Shown here: positions 34,062 through 41,858 of the stretch, piece by piece
Layout: each line of letters starts with the position of its first letter
Position numbering within the stretch: position 1 is the stretch's first letter
IMG/VR virus record: IMGVR_UViG_3300045988_077266
Span: 17,375 to 81,374 of that record
Length of the DNA stretch: 64,000 nt
Direction: 5' to 3' (one strand)
From: a virus
Made by a program: the position numbers and the translations under genes
Notes under the pieces: generated by a model
What the model was told of the DNA's origin: nothing
The model's input: only the letters and a program-made list of their open reading frames with translations
The model's database searches: none

Positions 34062-34270
34062 GGTTAAGGTCGATAGCTGTATAGACACATGGACAAAGCT
34101 GGTGCATAAACCTATCAACTCATCAACACATACACGTAGAATCGCTAAACTGGGTGTAGATGTAGGTGACTATACCAATGCAAATGTGGCTGTGTTTGTA
34201 TCTGCATATGTGTATGAAAATGTTGCTGATTATGTAGATGTGTGCATGAAAAGAAAATTTTTTATATCTA

Positions 34271-34299
34271 TTGACAAAGCCAAATGGCTGTGCTATAAT
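34271..34299 (+). promoter_or_regulatory. sigma70-type promoter
   Basis: TTGACA aagccaaatggctgtgc TATAAT with a 17-bp spacer. Confidence 0.6.
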
Positions 34300-34446
34300 G
34301 GCCTTACAAAATAAAAATGCAGAGCCAACCGTTTGGAAAATTGAATTTTATTTTTGGATTAATGAGAACGATTCCCATTTTTGAATTTTATTTTTGAATT
34401 TCAATTTTGATTTTTGGTTTTGCATTTGTAGAAAGGAAATTTAGTT

Positions 34447-35076
34447 TTGAGTCGGAAATTTGTAAACAGATTTTTGATTTTGGTTTTAGGATTTGAAATT
34501 TTAACTGCGATTTTCATTGTTGATTATCGAGCCATAGAAATCAAATCTGAAATTAAAAAACAGGATTTAGAAAAATTAATTGGAAATAATAGTGAAGTCA
34601 TTAATTCAAAAAACCAAAATCAATTAGATTTATATATGACAGAATATGATAAACCGTTTTATCCTATTACTGAGGATGATAAATATGTGATTGAGTGTAT
34701 TGTGGCAGGAGAAGCTAAAGGAGAACCCACAGAAGGTAAAATGGCCGTTGCTCAATGTTTACTCAACGCTATGGCCAAAGACGGCCTCTCTGCATCTGAC
34801 GTGCGTAAAAAATATCAATATTCTGGTTGGGATGATGAACTACAAAATTCAAATCCTGATTGTTGGGCTGAGGTCTGTGAGTCCGTAAGCCGTGTTTTTG
34901 ATGATGGTGAATTTGTATCTGAAAATTCAATTTTGTATTTCTATGCGCCCAAGCGAGTTTATAGCCGTTGGCATGAGAGCCTAAACCATGCTGTTACAGT
35001 CGGTGGTCATAAATTCTTTTATCTTGATGAAGATGTAAATGCAAATTGGTTTTTGAATTTGAAAGGAGAATCTTAA
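34447..35076 (+). CDS. SleB-like cell wall hydrolase with N-terminal signal-anchor
   Basis: VIECIVAGEAKGEPTEGKMAVAQCLLNAM...YQYSGW...FYAP resembles the SleB/Hydrolase_2 family. It has an N-terminal hydrophobic helix. The TTG start with an AAAGGA RBS is uncertain because low-complexity repeats run into the 5' end. Confidence 0.55.
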   Translation: MSRKFVNRFLILVLGFEILTAIFIVDYRAIEIKSEIKKQDLEKLIGNNSEVINSKNQNQLDLYMTEYDKPFYPITEDDKYVIECIVAGEAKGEPTEGKMAVAQCLLNAMAKDGLSASDVRKKYQYSGWDDELQNSNPDCWAEVCESVSRVFDDGEFVSENSILYFYAPKRVYSRWHESLNHAVTVGGHKFFYLDEDVNANWFLNLKGES

Positions 35077-35291
35077 TGAAATGTGATTGTTACCATGTAA
35101 TCGAAAAAAAGCCCGGTAAATTCAATGGTGAGTGCTGGGGCACAAAAGAGCGTGAATTTTGTACTTGTGAAGGAATAACAGAAAATTGTAATTTCTATCC
35201 TGAGCGCCGAAAAATGAAAGATACTGATAATACACCTGTCATGACACGTCTTGAAGCAGAGAAAAAATTTAATATCAAAATCGTAGATTAA
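35076..35291 (+). CDS. small Cys-rich hypothetical protein
   Basis: Start at MKCDCYHV..., which has an AAAGGAG RBS. It overlaps the upstream stop as TAATG. Confidence 0.5.
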   Translation: MKCDCYHVIEKKPGKFNGECWGTKEREFCTCEGITENCNFYPERRKMKDTDNTPVMTRLEAEKKFNIKIVD

Positions 35292-35294
35292 GTA

Positions 35295-35323
35295 TTGACA
35301 AAATCATTTGTATATGATATGGT
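35295..35323 (+). promoter_or_regulatory. sigma70-type promoter
   Basis: TTGACA-17 bp-TATGGT. Confidence 0.45.
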
Positions 35324-35351
35324 CTATATATATCTACAAAGGAGAACAAAC

Positions 35352-35549
35352 ATGAATATCTCAAATAATATTAAACCTCCATGTAAGGATTGTATTTCCA
35401 GAAGTGTTGGATGCCACAGCAATTGTTCCGAATATTCTATTTACCAAGATAGGCTTAATGCTTTTAGAGAGCAGCGAAATATGTCCCATAAAGTCAATAG
35501 AGATGTTATCATGTCAAAAAACCATTTAAGACGTTCAAAAATTTTTTAA
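35352..35549 (+). CDS. small Cys-rich hypothetical protein
   Basis: Start trimmed to MNISNNIKPPCKDC..., which has an AAAGGAG RBS. 65 aa. Confidence 0.5.
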   Translation: MNISNNIKPPCKDCISRSVGCHSNCSEYSIYQDRLNAFREQRNMSHKVNRDVIMSKNHLRRSKIF

Positions 35550-35566
35550 GAATTTTAAAAATAGGG

Positions 35567-35595
35567 GTGACAATTCCATAATCATGTGATAGAAT
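35567..35595 (+). promoter_or_regulatory. sigma70-type promoter upstream of the tRNA
   Basis: GTGACA-17 bp-TAGAAT with a TG-extended -10. A leader hairpin GCGGTT-agcctgtaa-AACCGC follows. Confidence 0.5.
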
Positions 35596-35640
35596 CTAAT
35601 CAAGATAAAGGTTTGCGGTTAGCCTGTAAAACCGCTTTAT

Positions 35641-35716
35641 GGGAGGTTCATATAGTGGTCAAGTATGCACGACTTATAATCGTGTCACAGGTGTTCGAAT
35701 CACCTACCTCCTACCA
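35641..35716 (+). tRNA. tRNA-Ile, anticodon UAU, with encoded CCA
   Basis: Hand-folded cloverleaf. The acceptor is GGGAGGT/ACCTCCT (G1.U72). The D stem is ATAT/GTAT. The anticodon stem is CACGA/TCGTG with loop CT-TAT-AA. The T arm is AGGTG-TTCGAAT-CACCT. The discriminator is A, followed by CCA. Confidence 0.8.
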
Positions 35717-36220
35717 GACCGCCTATTGGGGTTCTCGTGCGAAATACAAATAACGAAGTGGGACAATAAAGGTTGTAGAAGATGGGGGATGCGAGGCTTC
35801 TTTCCAAATTCAAACCTCCCAACGGCTAAATCGGCTGACCCACAGTTGATGAAAGAGAACGAGGTCACATATCCCCGTGAAAGTGGGATAGCGGGGCACA
35901 CCAAACAATCAAGCATGGCCGAGGATGAGGATGTGAGGTAGGGCGAACGGGCTTTTGGCCAGAGCGTGTAGGTCATGTTTGATTATGGAAAACAATAGCG
36001 CATGAGCTTGAGTTTTCCTTTGAATCCTTTCTGCTTTAGAAGGTGGCTCCTTCTATAATCCTCATACTCACTACCTGTTGCCAGACGGTTGGATGAATAA
36101 AGGTGAGGTTATATTGAACGAGGCTTCTCAAGGGTTGAGCCTATCAGCCCTATCCCAAAGCCATGTTCCCCATGGCATGGTTTACCTCCTATACTTCATA
36201 ATATACTTCCTTTATATCAC
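35717..36220 (+). ncRNA. candidate structured non-coding RNA and/or attP region
   Basis: About 500 nt without a credible ORF, visibly more GC-rich than other spacers. Several local hairpins are present, for example TAGAAGG-tggct-CCTTCTA at 36036-36054, CCCCG...CGGGG and GCCATG-ttccc-CATGGC. It lies directly 3' of a promoter-driven tRNA and 5' of the integrase promoter. Confidence 0.3.
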
Positions 36221-36248
36221 ATGGCTCGAATTTGTTTAGAAAAAACTC

Positions 36249-36277
36249 TTGACAAGTTCGAGCCGTTGTGGTATCAT
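36249..36277 (+). promoter_or_regulatory. sigma70-type promoter of the integrase gene
   Basis: TTGACA agttcgagccgttgtgg TATCAT with a 17-bp spacer. Confidence 0.6.
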
Positions 36278-36304
36278 AAAGACAAATCAAAGGAGGCCAA
36301 TAAA

Positions 36305-37144
36305 ATGATTGAGAGTTTTGTTAATTATATGAAGGCTGAGAAGATGTCTGAGAATACTATGCGTGGTTACACCAACCATATTAACCAGATGCTCAAGACC
36401 ATCAACAAGCCTGAACAGGACATTACCTACCTTGACCTGATTGATTGGAAGGCTGGTATTGCTAATCAGGCCAGTGCAACGGTAGCTAATAAGGTTGCTG
36501 CTGTTCGGTCTTATTTCAAGTTTTTAGTTGATGCGGGTGTGGTTGAGGTTGACCCCAGTAAGAATCTCAAGCGTCCAAGTAACATCAAGAACAAGGAAAA
36601 GCCCCGTATGACCGAGGAAGATGCAAAACAGCTTATCTCCTATGCTCGTACCCCTCGTGACAAGGCCATGTTCAGCTTCTTGCTTTCTACTGGTGTTCGG
36701 TTCTGTGAGATGGCCAATATCACCATCGGTCAGTACAAGAAGGCCATGGAGAGCAATCGAGAGATTGAGTTGCCCGTGACCAAGGGCGATAAGGGCGGCA
36801 AGGTTTATATCAACCAGTCTACTGAACAGGCGATTGAGCGGTATTTACGTTTGCGTGATGATGATTGCCCCTATCTGTTCGCTTCTTTCCAGAATCATCA
36901 ACTGAGTGACAACAGCGTATCTCAGACCATCAAATCTGCGGCTCGTAGAGCTGGTTTAAAGTATTGGGATGAGCTTAGCTGCCATGGGCTGCGAGCTGGT
37001 TGTGCAACAATTATGAGTGACAAGGGAGTTCCAGTGGCTACTATTAGTAAGGTCTTACGTCATAGCTCTTTGGCCGTGACTACAAGATATATTAAAGCAA
37101 ATCAGGATAACATCAATAATGCTACGGCATTGATGGAATTTTAA
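36305..37144 (+). CDS. int: tyrosine recombinase/integrase (XerC/D-like size)
   Basis: Start trimmed to MIESFVNY..., which has an AAGGAGG RBS. It has an N-terminal SAM-like core-binding region and the catalytic pattern ...R...HGLRAGCAT...LRHSSLAVTTRY. Confidence 0.75.
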   Translation: MIESFVNYMKAEKMSENTMRGYTNHINQMLKTINKPEQDITYLDLIDWKAGIANQASATVANKVAAVRSYFKFLVDAGVVEVDPSKNLKRPSNIKNKEKPRMTEEDAKQLISYARTPRDKAMFSFLLSTGVRFCEMANITIGQYKKAMESNREIELPVTKGDKGGKVYINQSTEQAIERYLRLRDDDCPYLFASFQNHQLSDNSVSQTIKSAARRAGLKYWDELSCHGLRAGCATIMSDKGVPVATISKVLRHSSLAVTTRYIKANQDNINNATALMEF

Positions 37145-37155
37145 GGAGGTAAAAT

Positions 37156-37629
37156 ATGAGTAATTTGGCAAAGGATTGGCAGACTGGAACGTATGTTGTT
37201 AGCGTTTATAACAACAGAGTGAAGGTATCTCGCCCCAAACAAGGGAATGGCAAGCCTTTTGTTGAAGCAGAGGCCAGATGCGCTCCAGAAGATGAGTTTA
37301 GCCTAAGTATGGGTATGGCGTTAGCCATGGCTAGACTCAATAAGGAATTGAGCAAGAACAAGATTGAGGTTGGTGATAAAGTTAAGATTAAGGATATTAG
37401 CAAAGTTTATCCTACTTATATTTCTTGGTTAACTAAGAACTTATATGGTGTTGGTGACATCGCAAGATACGCTTATGGTTGTCGGCCTTTCTTGGATGAA
37501 TTTTATAGAATTCTTGTAATTGCGCCCCATAGTCTCGATAATAATAAAAAATTGGCATACATTGAACCGTTTGAAAGTGTGACCAAGCCTTGTTATTTAA
37601 TCGAAGTTGATGGATTGGAGAAAGTATAA
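37156..37629 (+). CDS. hypothetical protein
   Basis: 157 aa with an AAGGAGG RBS. Confidence 0.55.
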   Translation: MSNLAKDWQTGTYVVSVYNNRVKVSRPKQGNGKPFVEAEARCAPEDEFSLSMGMALAMARLNKELSKNKIEVGDKVKIKDISKVYPTYISWLTKNLYGVGDIARYAYGCRPFLDEFYRILVIAPHSLDNNKKLAYIEPFESVTKPCYLIEVDGLEKV

Positions 37630-37904
37630 TGTATCCAAAAATGATGAGTGAGGTCATCGAGGCCATTGAAACTCATTTCTGTGATGAACCGGACGTTATT
37701 GTAGATTGTATGCTATATCTAATGAACGCAAGCGCCAGAGTCGAGGACGTACACAGAATTGAGCAATGGTTTGATGATAATGGGCGATGCCCTGAGTGTG
37801 GTACAAAAATCAAATATCAGCAAGTAAAGGAATATCATAGTGAGGTCGATGCTTATGAGACCTTGTATGAGCCTTACTGCCCACATTGTGATAGAGGTGA
37901 ATGA
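37629..37904 (+). CDS. hypothetical zinc-ribbon protein
   Basis: 91 aa with CPECG...CPHC. Start and stop are coupled as ATAATG. Confidence 0.5.
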   Translation: MYPKMMSEVIEAIETHFCDEPDVIVDCMLYLMNASARVEDVHRIEQWFDDNGRCPECGTKIKYQQVKEYHSEVDAYETLYEPYCPHCDRGE

Positions 37905-38233
37905 TGGATAAGAGAACTCGTGAACGGCTTGAACGTGAGAAGCTAAAGCAGATGATTGACAATAATCCCAAGCTCAAGGCTTTTCTTGATGCGGCCACAG
38001 AAGAAACAGGCAATAAAGACCTGAAGGAACTAATTCAGCCGGTACTTGCAGACACTTTTGATAAGATTCGCCTACAAGGTATCCAAACAGGCTGGTATGC
38101 TCATGCTTTGAGGTGCGTGGATAAGATTAAGGATTGTAAGACGATTGAAGAAGCCATTGAAATCTTAAAAGAGGATGTAAAGATGGCTCAGGAAAAGTTG
38201 GGGATTAAGGAGGTTGAGGATGAAGATATATGA
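37901..38233 (+). CDS. hypothetical protein
   Basis: 110 aa, overlapping the upstream stop as ATGA. Confidence 0.5.
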   Translation: MMDKRTRERLEREKLKQMIDNNPKLKAFLDAATEETGNKDLKELIQPVLADTFDKIRLQGIQTGWYAHALRCVDKIKDCKTIEEAIEILKEDVKMAQEKLGIKEVEDEDI

Positions 38234-38976
38234 GAAAAAGAGAAAATGTTGTTGGAAACAGGTATGGAAGATTAACTGTTATTGAAGATGCTGAGCCTTA
38301 CATATGGCGAGGAAAGAAAAATCGCATGGAAAAGTGTTTGTGCGATTGTGGTAATATTGTCTTTTGTCAGTTGTCTGCATTAAAATGCGGCCTTACAAAA
38401 TCTTGTGGCTGTTACGGACGAGAATTAACGTCAAAAGTAACTGCAAAAACAAACAACTATGATTTTTATGATGATTATGTTATTGGTCATTGTAGTAATT
38501 GTGACGATGTGTTCTATGTAGACGCAGAAGATTATGAAAAGATAAAGAATTATTGTTGGTTAAAACATAAAAACAATGGCTATATCATCTCCAACACATA
38601 TAAAATAAATGGTAAAAAGAAAGAAATAAAACTTCATCGCCTTATAATGGACGCAAAAGAAGGAGATATTGTAGACCATATTAACGGACAGAAAACAGAT
38701 AATAGAAAGAGTAATTTAAGATTTTGTAATGTTTATCAAAATGGCATGAACAGCACTAATAAAACAAAAAACATAAGTGGGAAAAAGGGAGTTTATTATA
38801 TTAAACGAGACGATAGTTGGTTGGCCGATATTAGTGTTAATGGAAAAAGAATTAGGCTTGGACAAAGAAAGAATTTGAAAGAAGCCATTAAATTAAGAAA
38901 GGATGCAGAAGAAAAATACTATGGAGAATTTAGAAGAAAAGAGCAAGAAAATGACCCCGCTATCTCAAATCCATAA
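38230..38976 (+). CDS. free-standing HNH endonuclease with AP2-type DNA-binding domain
   Basis: HRLIMDAKEGDIVDHINGQKTDNRKSNLRF (HNH) and GVYYIKRDDSWLADISVNGKRIRLGQ...EAIKLRKDAEEKYYGEF (AP2-like). Confidence 0.7.
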   Translation: MRKRENVVGNRYGRLTVIEDAEPYIWRGKKNRMEKCLCDCGNIVFCQLSALKCGLTKSCGCYGRELTSKVTAKTNNYDFYDDYVIGHCSNCDDVFYVDAEDYEKIKNYCWLKHKNNGYIISNTYKINGKKKEIKLHRLIMDAKEGDIVDHINGQKTDNRKSNLRFCNVYQNGMNSTNKTKNISGKKGVYYIKRDDSWLADISVNGKRIRLGQRKNLKEAIKLRKDAEEKYYGEFRRKEQENDPAISNP

Positions 38977-39160
38977 CTTTTGCATTAGCTGTATGGGCGA
39001 CCAATCAAGGTTGGTTAAAGAATGTACTACAAAGTCTTGTCCTCTGTGGCCTTATCGAACAGGCCATAACACCAATGCCAAGCGTACAATGACAGAGGAA
39101 CAGCGTCAAATGGCAGCAGAGCGGCTAAAGAAGGCCAGAGAAGCTAAGAAATCTACATAA
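38951..39160 (+). CDS. small zinc-ribbon protein
   Basis: Start trimmed to MTPLSQIHNFCISCMGD...CPLWPYRTG. It overlaps the HNH gene's end. Confidence 0.45.
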   Translation: MTPLSQIHNFCISCMGDQSRLVKECTTKSCPLWPYRTGHNTNAKRTMTEEQRQMAAERLKKAREAKKST

Positions 39161-39278
39161 AGTTACTATGTTTTCTGGTATATTTTCAATTTGTTTGTCT
39201 AAGCAATATAAGTTGATGGGTTAATAACACAGGCCCTTTCTGTGTTAAAATTATAATAAAATTATAGAGGTATGAAGA

Positions 39279-40349
39279 ATGGATATTCTAAACAAGAGTA
39301 AGAATTTTTATCGTTGTGTTGGTACGGTCTATGAATTGGGCCTGAAGAAGGAGGACTGCGAGGTTAAGCTATATGCGGATGGCAAGCCCACAGGTGAGAA
39401 GGTTAAGGCTGAGTGCATCAAGGGCAAGTTTGGTGTTCGCACTGATGGCGGCATTGTCACCTTTATGATTTACTTTGCGTCCAAGGGTCTGGACGGTAAG
39501 GAGTCCCGTCAGTGGAAGATGGCCACTGATATGATGGAACTGAACCCCGAAGTCAATGGCGATGGTGGTGCGCCCTCCGTTGTTGTGGTCGAAGGCCGTC
39601 TTGAGAACAATATGTTTATGAGCCGTGACGGTAAGGAGGTCAAGGAGGCCCCTCAGTTCCGTGTGAGTAAGGTATCCACTACTACCTACAAGGAAGGTAT
39701 GGAATATGGTATTACCGTTAATATGAGCGGTTGTATGACCAAGAACGTGCCTGAGACCAAGATGGTTGATGGTGAGGCTGAAGAAACTGGCCGTGGCGTA
39801 ATGACTGTGTATATGGCTAATGGTAAGGGTGAGGTATTCCCTGTTACTGTCATTGTGCCTGATGACCTTGTAGATGATGTTAATGACGCTGTTGAGGCTG
39901 GTTGTACCATTGACGCTACTCTGGATGTGAACACTATTACTTTTGGCGGTGTAGCCAAGAAACATGGTATTGGCCGTGCCGGTAAGATTGATACCTCTAA
40001 TGTGTCTACTCGTACTGAGTTTGTGCTTGCTGGTATGGACATTGTTGAGGAGCCTGACGAACTCTACATTGAGGATGAGGACGGTAAGCAGACCCCTGTC
40101 AAGACTCTATGGATGGATAGCTCTGTGGTTAAGAAGGCTATTAAGATGTATCAGGTCAAAAAGGATGAGTTCGCCAAAAATGGTGGTAACAAGACCACTA
40201 AGAGTAATTCCACGCCTAATCTAAAGGATAAGAAGGCTGAGTACAAGTCTAAGCGTGTGGGCAAGAAGGCCACTAATGACTTTGATGATTTTGGCGATGA
40301 TGAGAATCCTTGGGGTGATGATGAAGCTGGCCTTGAGGATGAGTTCTAA
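39279..40349 (+). CDS. putative ssDNA-binding protein
   Basis: 356 aa, the first gene of the replication cluster. It has an SSB-type acidic C-terminal tail (DDFGDDENPWGDDEAGLEDEF). The fold was not verified. Confidence 0.4.
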   Translation: MDILNKSKNFYRCVGTVYELGLKKEDCEVKLYADGKPTGEKVKAECIKGKFGVRTDGGIVTFMIYFASKGLDGKESRQWKMATDMMELNPEVNGDGGAPSVVVVEGRLENNMFMSRDGKEVKEAPQFRVSKVSTTTYKEGMEYGITVNMSGCMTKNVPETKMVDGEAEETGRGVMTVYMANGKGEVFPVTVIVPDDLVDDVNDAVEAGCTIDATLDVNTITFGGVAKKHGIGRAGKIDTSNVSTRTEFVLAGMDIVEEPDELYIEDEDGKQTPVKTLWMDSSVVKKAIKMYQVKKDEFAKNGGNKTTKSNSTPNLKDKKAEYKSKRVGKKATNDFDDFGDDENPWGDDEAGLEDEF

Positions 40350-40364
40350 TTGAGGTGATGTGGG

Positions 40365-41387
40365 ATGGCAAATTCTGGTATTGATATTTTTTCTCCTTCT
40401 ATTTCTACCGTTTCTAATGGTATCGAGGGCAAGCTAATCCTACTACACTCCAATGAACGTAAGTTGGGGAAAACCGCACAAGCTGTGCGGTTCCCCAAGC
40501 CTTACTATCTGCGGTTTGAGCAAGGTATTAACGCTATTGCTGGTCTTGCTTATGCGCCTCTAACAAAGTGGTCTGATTTCAAGAAGGTCAACAAGCAGTT
40601 GACTGACCCTAAGACGCTTGATAAAGCCCGTGCTATGTACTCTACTATTATCGTAGATACTCTTGATGTAGCTATCAAGTGGTGTGAGAAGTATGTGTGC
40701 GGTATGCAGGGTGTAGCTCGTTTGAACGATGGCAATAGTGGTTATGGTCTTTGGAAGGAATATGAAAACGAGTGGTTTGGCGAGTGGAATAAGCTATTAA
40801 ACGCTGGGTACTGCATTGTGTTTATTTCTCATTCTGAAGAACGCAAGATGATTGACCCTAAGACCAACGAGGAATATGTACAACTATACCCCAAGGGTGA
40901 TAAGCGTACTATTGACCTTATCATTGATGCTGTTGACTTGATTGGTTATGTAAAGAGTAATGGTTTTGACGAGAATGGTAATCCTCAGATGTCCAGTGTC
41001 TACTTTGCTAATTGCCCTCAGTTCCTTGCTGGTGGCCGGTTTAAGTACATGGCTCCTGAGATTACGCCGTTTACTGCTGAGGCAGTACAAGAGGCTCTAA
41101 AAGAAGCTGTGGAAAAAGAATCTCAGGAAAGTGGTATTCAGGCCGTTGATTATAGCACATTCAAAGATGAATCTACTGTTAAGCAGCTAACCTACGAAGA
41201 AGCTATGGAACAGGTTAAGCCTTTGTATAAGAAGCTATATAAGGTAAATAAGGATAAGACTATTGCAATCGTTGAAAAGTATCTTGGCGAAGGCAATAAG
41301 ATTAGTGAGACTAATGAGGCCCAGACTGAGCAGATTATTATGATTATTGATGATTTGCGGGACGCTCTGGACGAAGTTGAAGATTAA
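40365..41387 (+). CDS. RecA-fold AAA ATPase (AAA_24/Sak4-like recombination protein)
   Basis: P-loop-like NERKLGKT near the N-terminus and Walker B-like IIVDTLD. It sits between the SSB-like and helicase genes. Confidence 0.45.
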   Translation: MANSGIDIFSPSISTVSNGIEGKLILLHSNERKLGKTAQAVRFPKPYYLRFEQGINAIAGLAYAPLTKWSDFKKVNKQLTDPKTLDKARAMYSTIIVDTLDVAIKWCEKYVCGMQGVARLNDGNSGYGLWKEYENEWFGEWNKLLNAGYCIVFISHSEERKMIDPKTNEEYVQLYPKGDKRTIDLIIDAVDLIGYVKSNGFDENGNPQMSSVYFANCPQFLAGGRFKYMAPEITPFTAEAVQEALKEAVEKESQESGIQAVDYSTFKDESTVKQLTYEEAMEQVKPLYKKLYKVNKDKTIAIVEKYLGEGNKISETNEAQTEQIIMIIDDLRDALDEVED

Positions 41388-41396
41388 ACCAAACCA

Positions 41397-41428
41397 AAGA
41401 CGGCTGGCCAACGCTGGCCGTCTTTTTC
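41397..41428 (+). terminator. rho-independent terminator
   Basis: AAGACGGC...GCCGTCTT stem followed by TTTT. Confidence 0.65.
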
Positions 41429-41441
41429 AATAGGAGGGTAT

Positions 41442-41819
41442 ATGGCCACCTCTAAACTAACAGAACAAGAGAAGAAAGACCGCCGCAAAGTCACAGATTT
41501 AATCCAATCTATGTGGGGCGAAGATGTTAACTGGAAGTTGCTCACCGCTCAACTCAAGAATATTATGAAAGAATATGACCTAACACACAAAGATGTGTAT
41601 TATATTCTTAAATATTGTAAAGATTATGAGCAAGTAGTAATTGATGGTGAGTATGGATTGTATCAGTTGTTCCCCAAATATATTGACGCTACACAGATGT
41701 TCAGGGATAAGTTGGCCGAAGCCAAAGAAAAAGCAGATGAAATAGGTACAATTCTACCTATTAAGGTCAAGAAATATCGGCCTCAAAGAAAGATTAAAGA
41801 TGATTTGACTTTTGATTGA
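41442..41819 (+). CDS. hypothetical protein (possible helicase loader by position)
   Basis: 125 aa with a TAGGAGGG RBS, immediately upstream of the DnaB-like helicase. Confidence 0.45.
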   Translation: MATSKLTEQEKKDRRKVTDLIQSMWGEDVNWKLLTAQLKNIMKEYDLTHKDVYYILKYCKDYEQVVIDGEYGLYQLFPKYIDATQMFRDKLAEAKEKADEIGTILPIKVKKYRPQRKIKDDLTFD

Positions 41820-41858
41820 GATGGTGGTATGATTAAGATAAAGGAGGGATGATAATGT

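Noticed and set aside
34102-34314. 70-aa ORF with a GTG start.
   Set aside because: It sits in the repeat tract and contains the strong promoter at 34271-34299 within its 3' end. It has no RBS.
35639-35976. ORFs 35639..35941 (+) and 35704..35976 (-).
   Set aside because: The first starts inside the tRNA gene. Neither has an RBS, and the region is better explained as non-coding.
35737-36220. Possible group II intron, because the segment after the tRNA contains GTGCG.
   Set aside because: I could not find a domain V-like GC hairpin with the AGC triad, an RT/maturase ORF or a plausible 3' AY boundary. A single GTGCG pentamer is weak evidence.
39369-40042. Long antisense ORFs inside the SSB-like gene. 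Similar antisense ORFs lie inside the RNAP, protease/scaffold, SHMT, DnaE and other genes.
   Set aside because: They are fully nested opposite or out of frame to longer motif-bearing genes and have no RBS. They are typical shadow ORFs.
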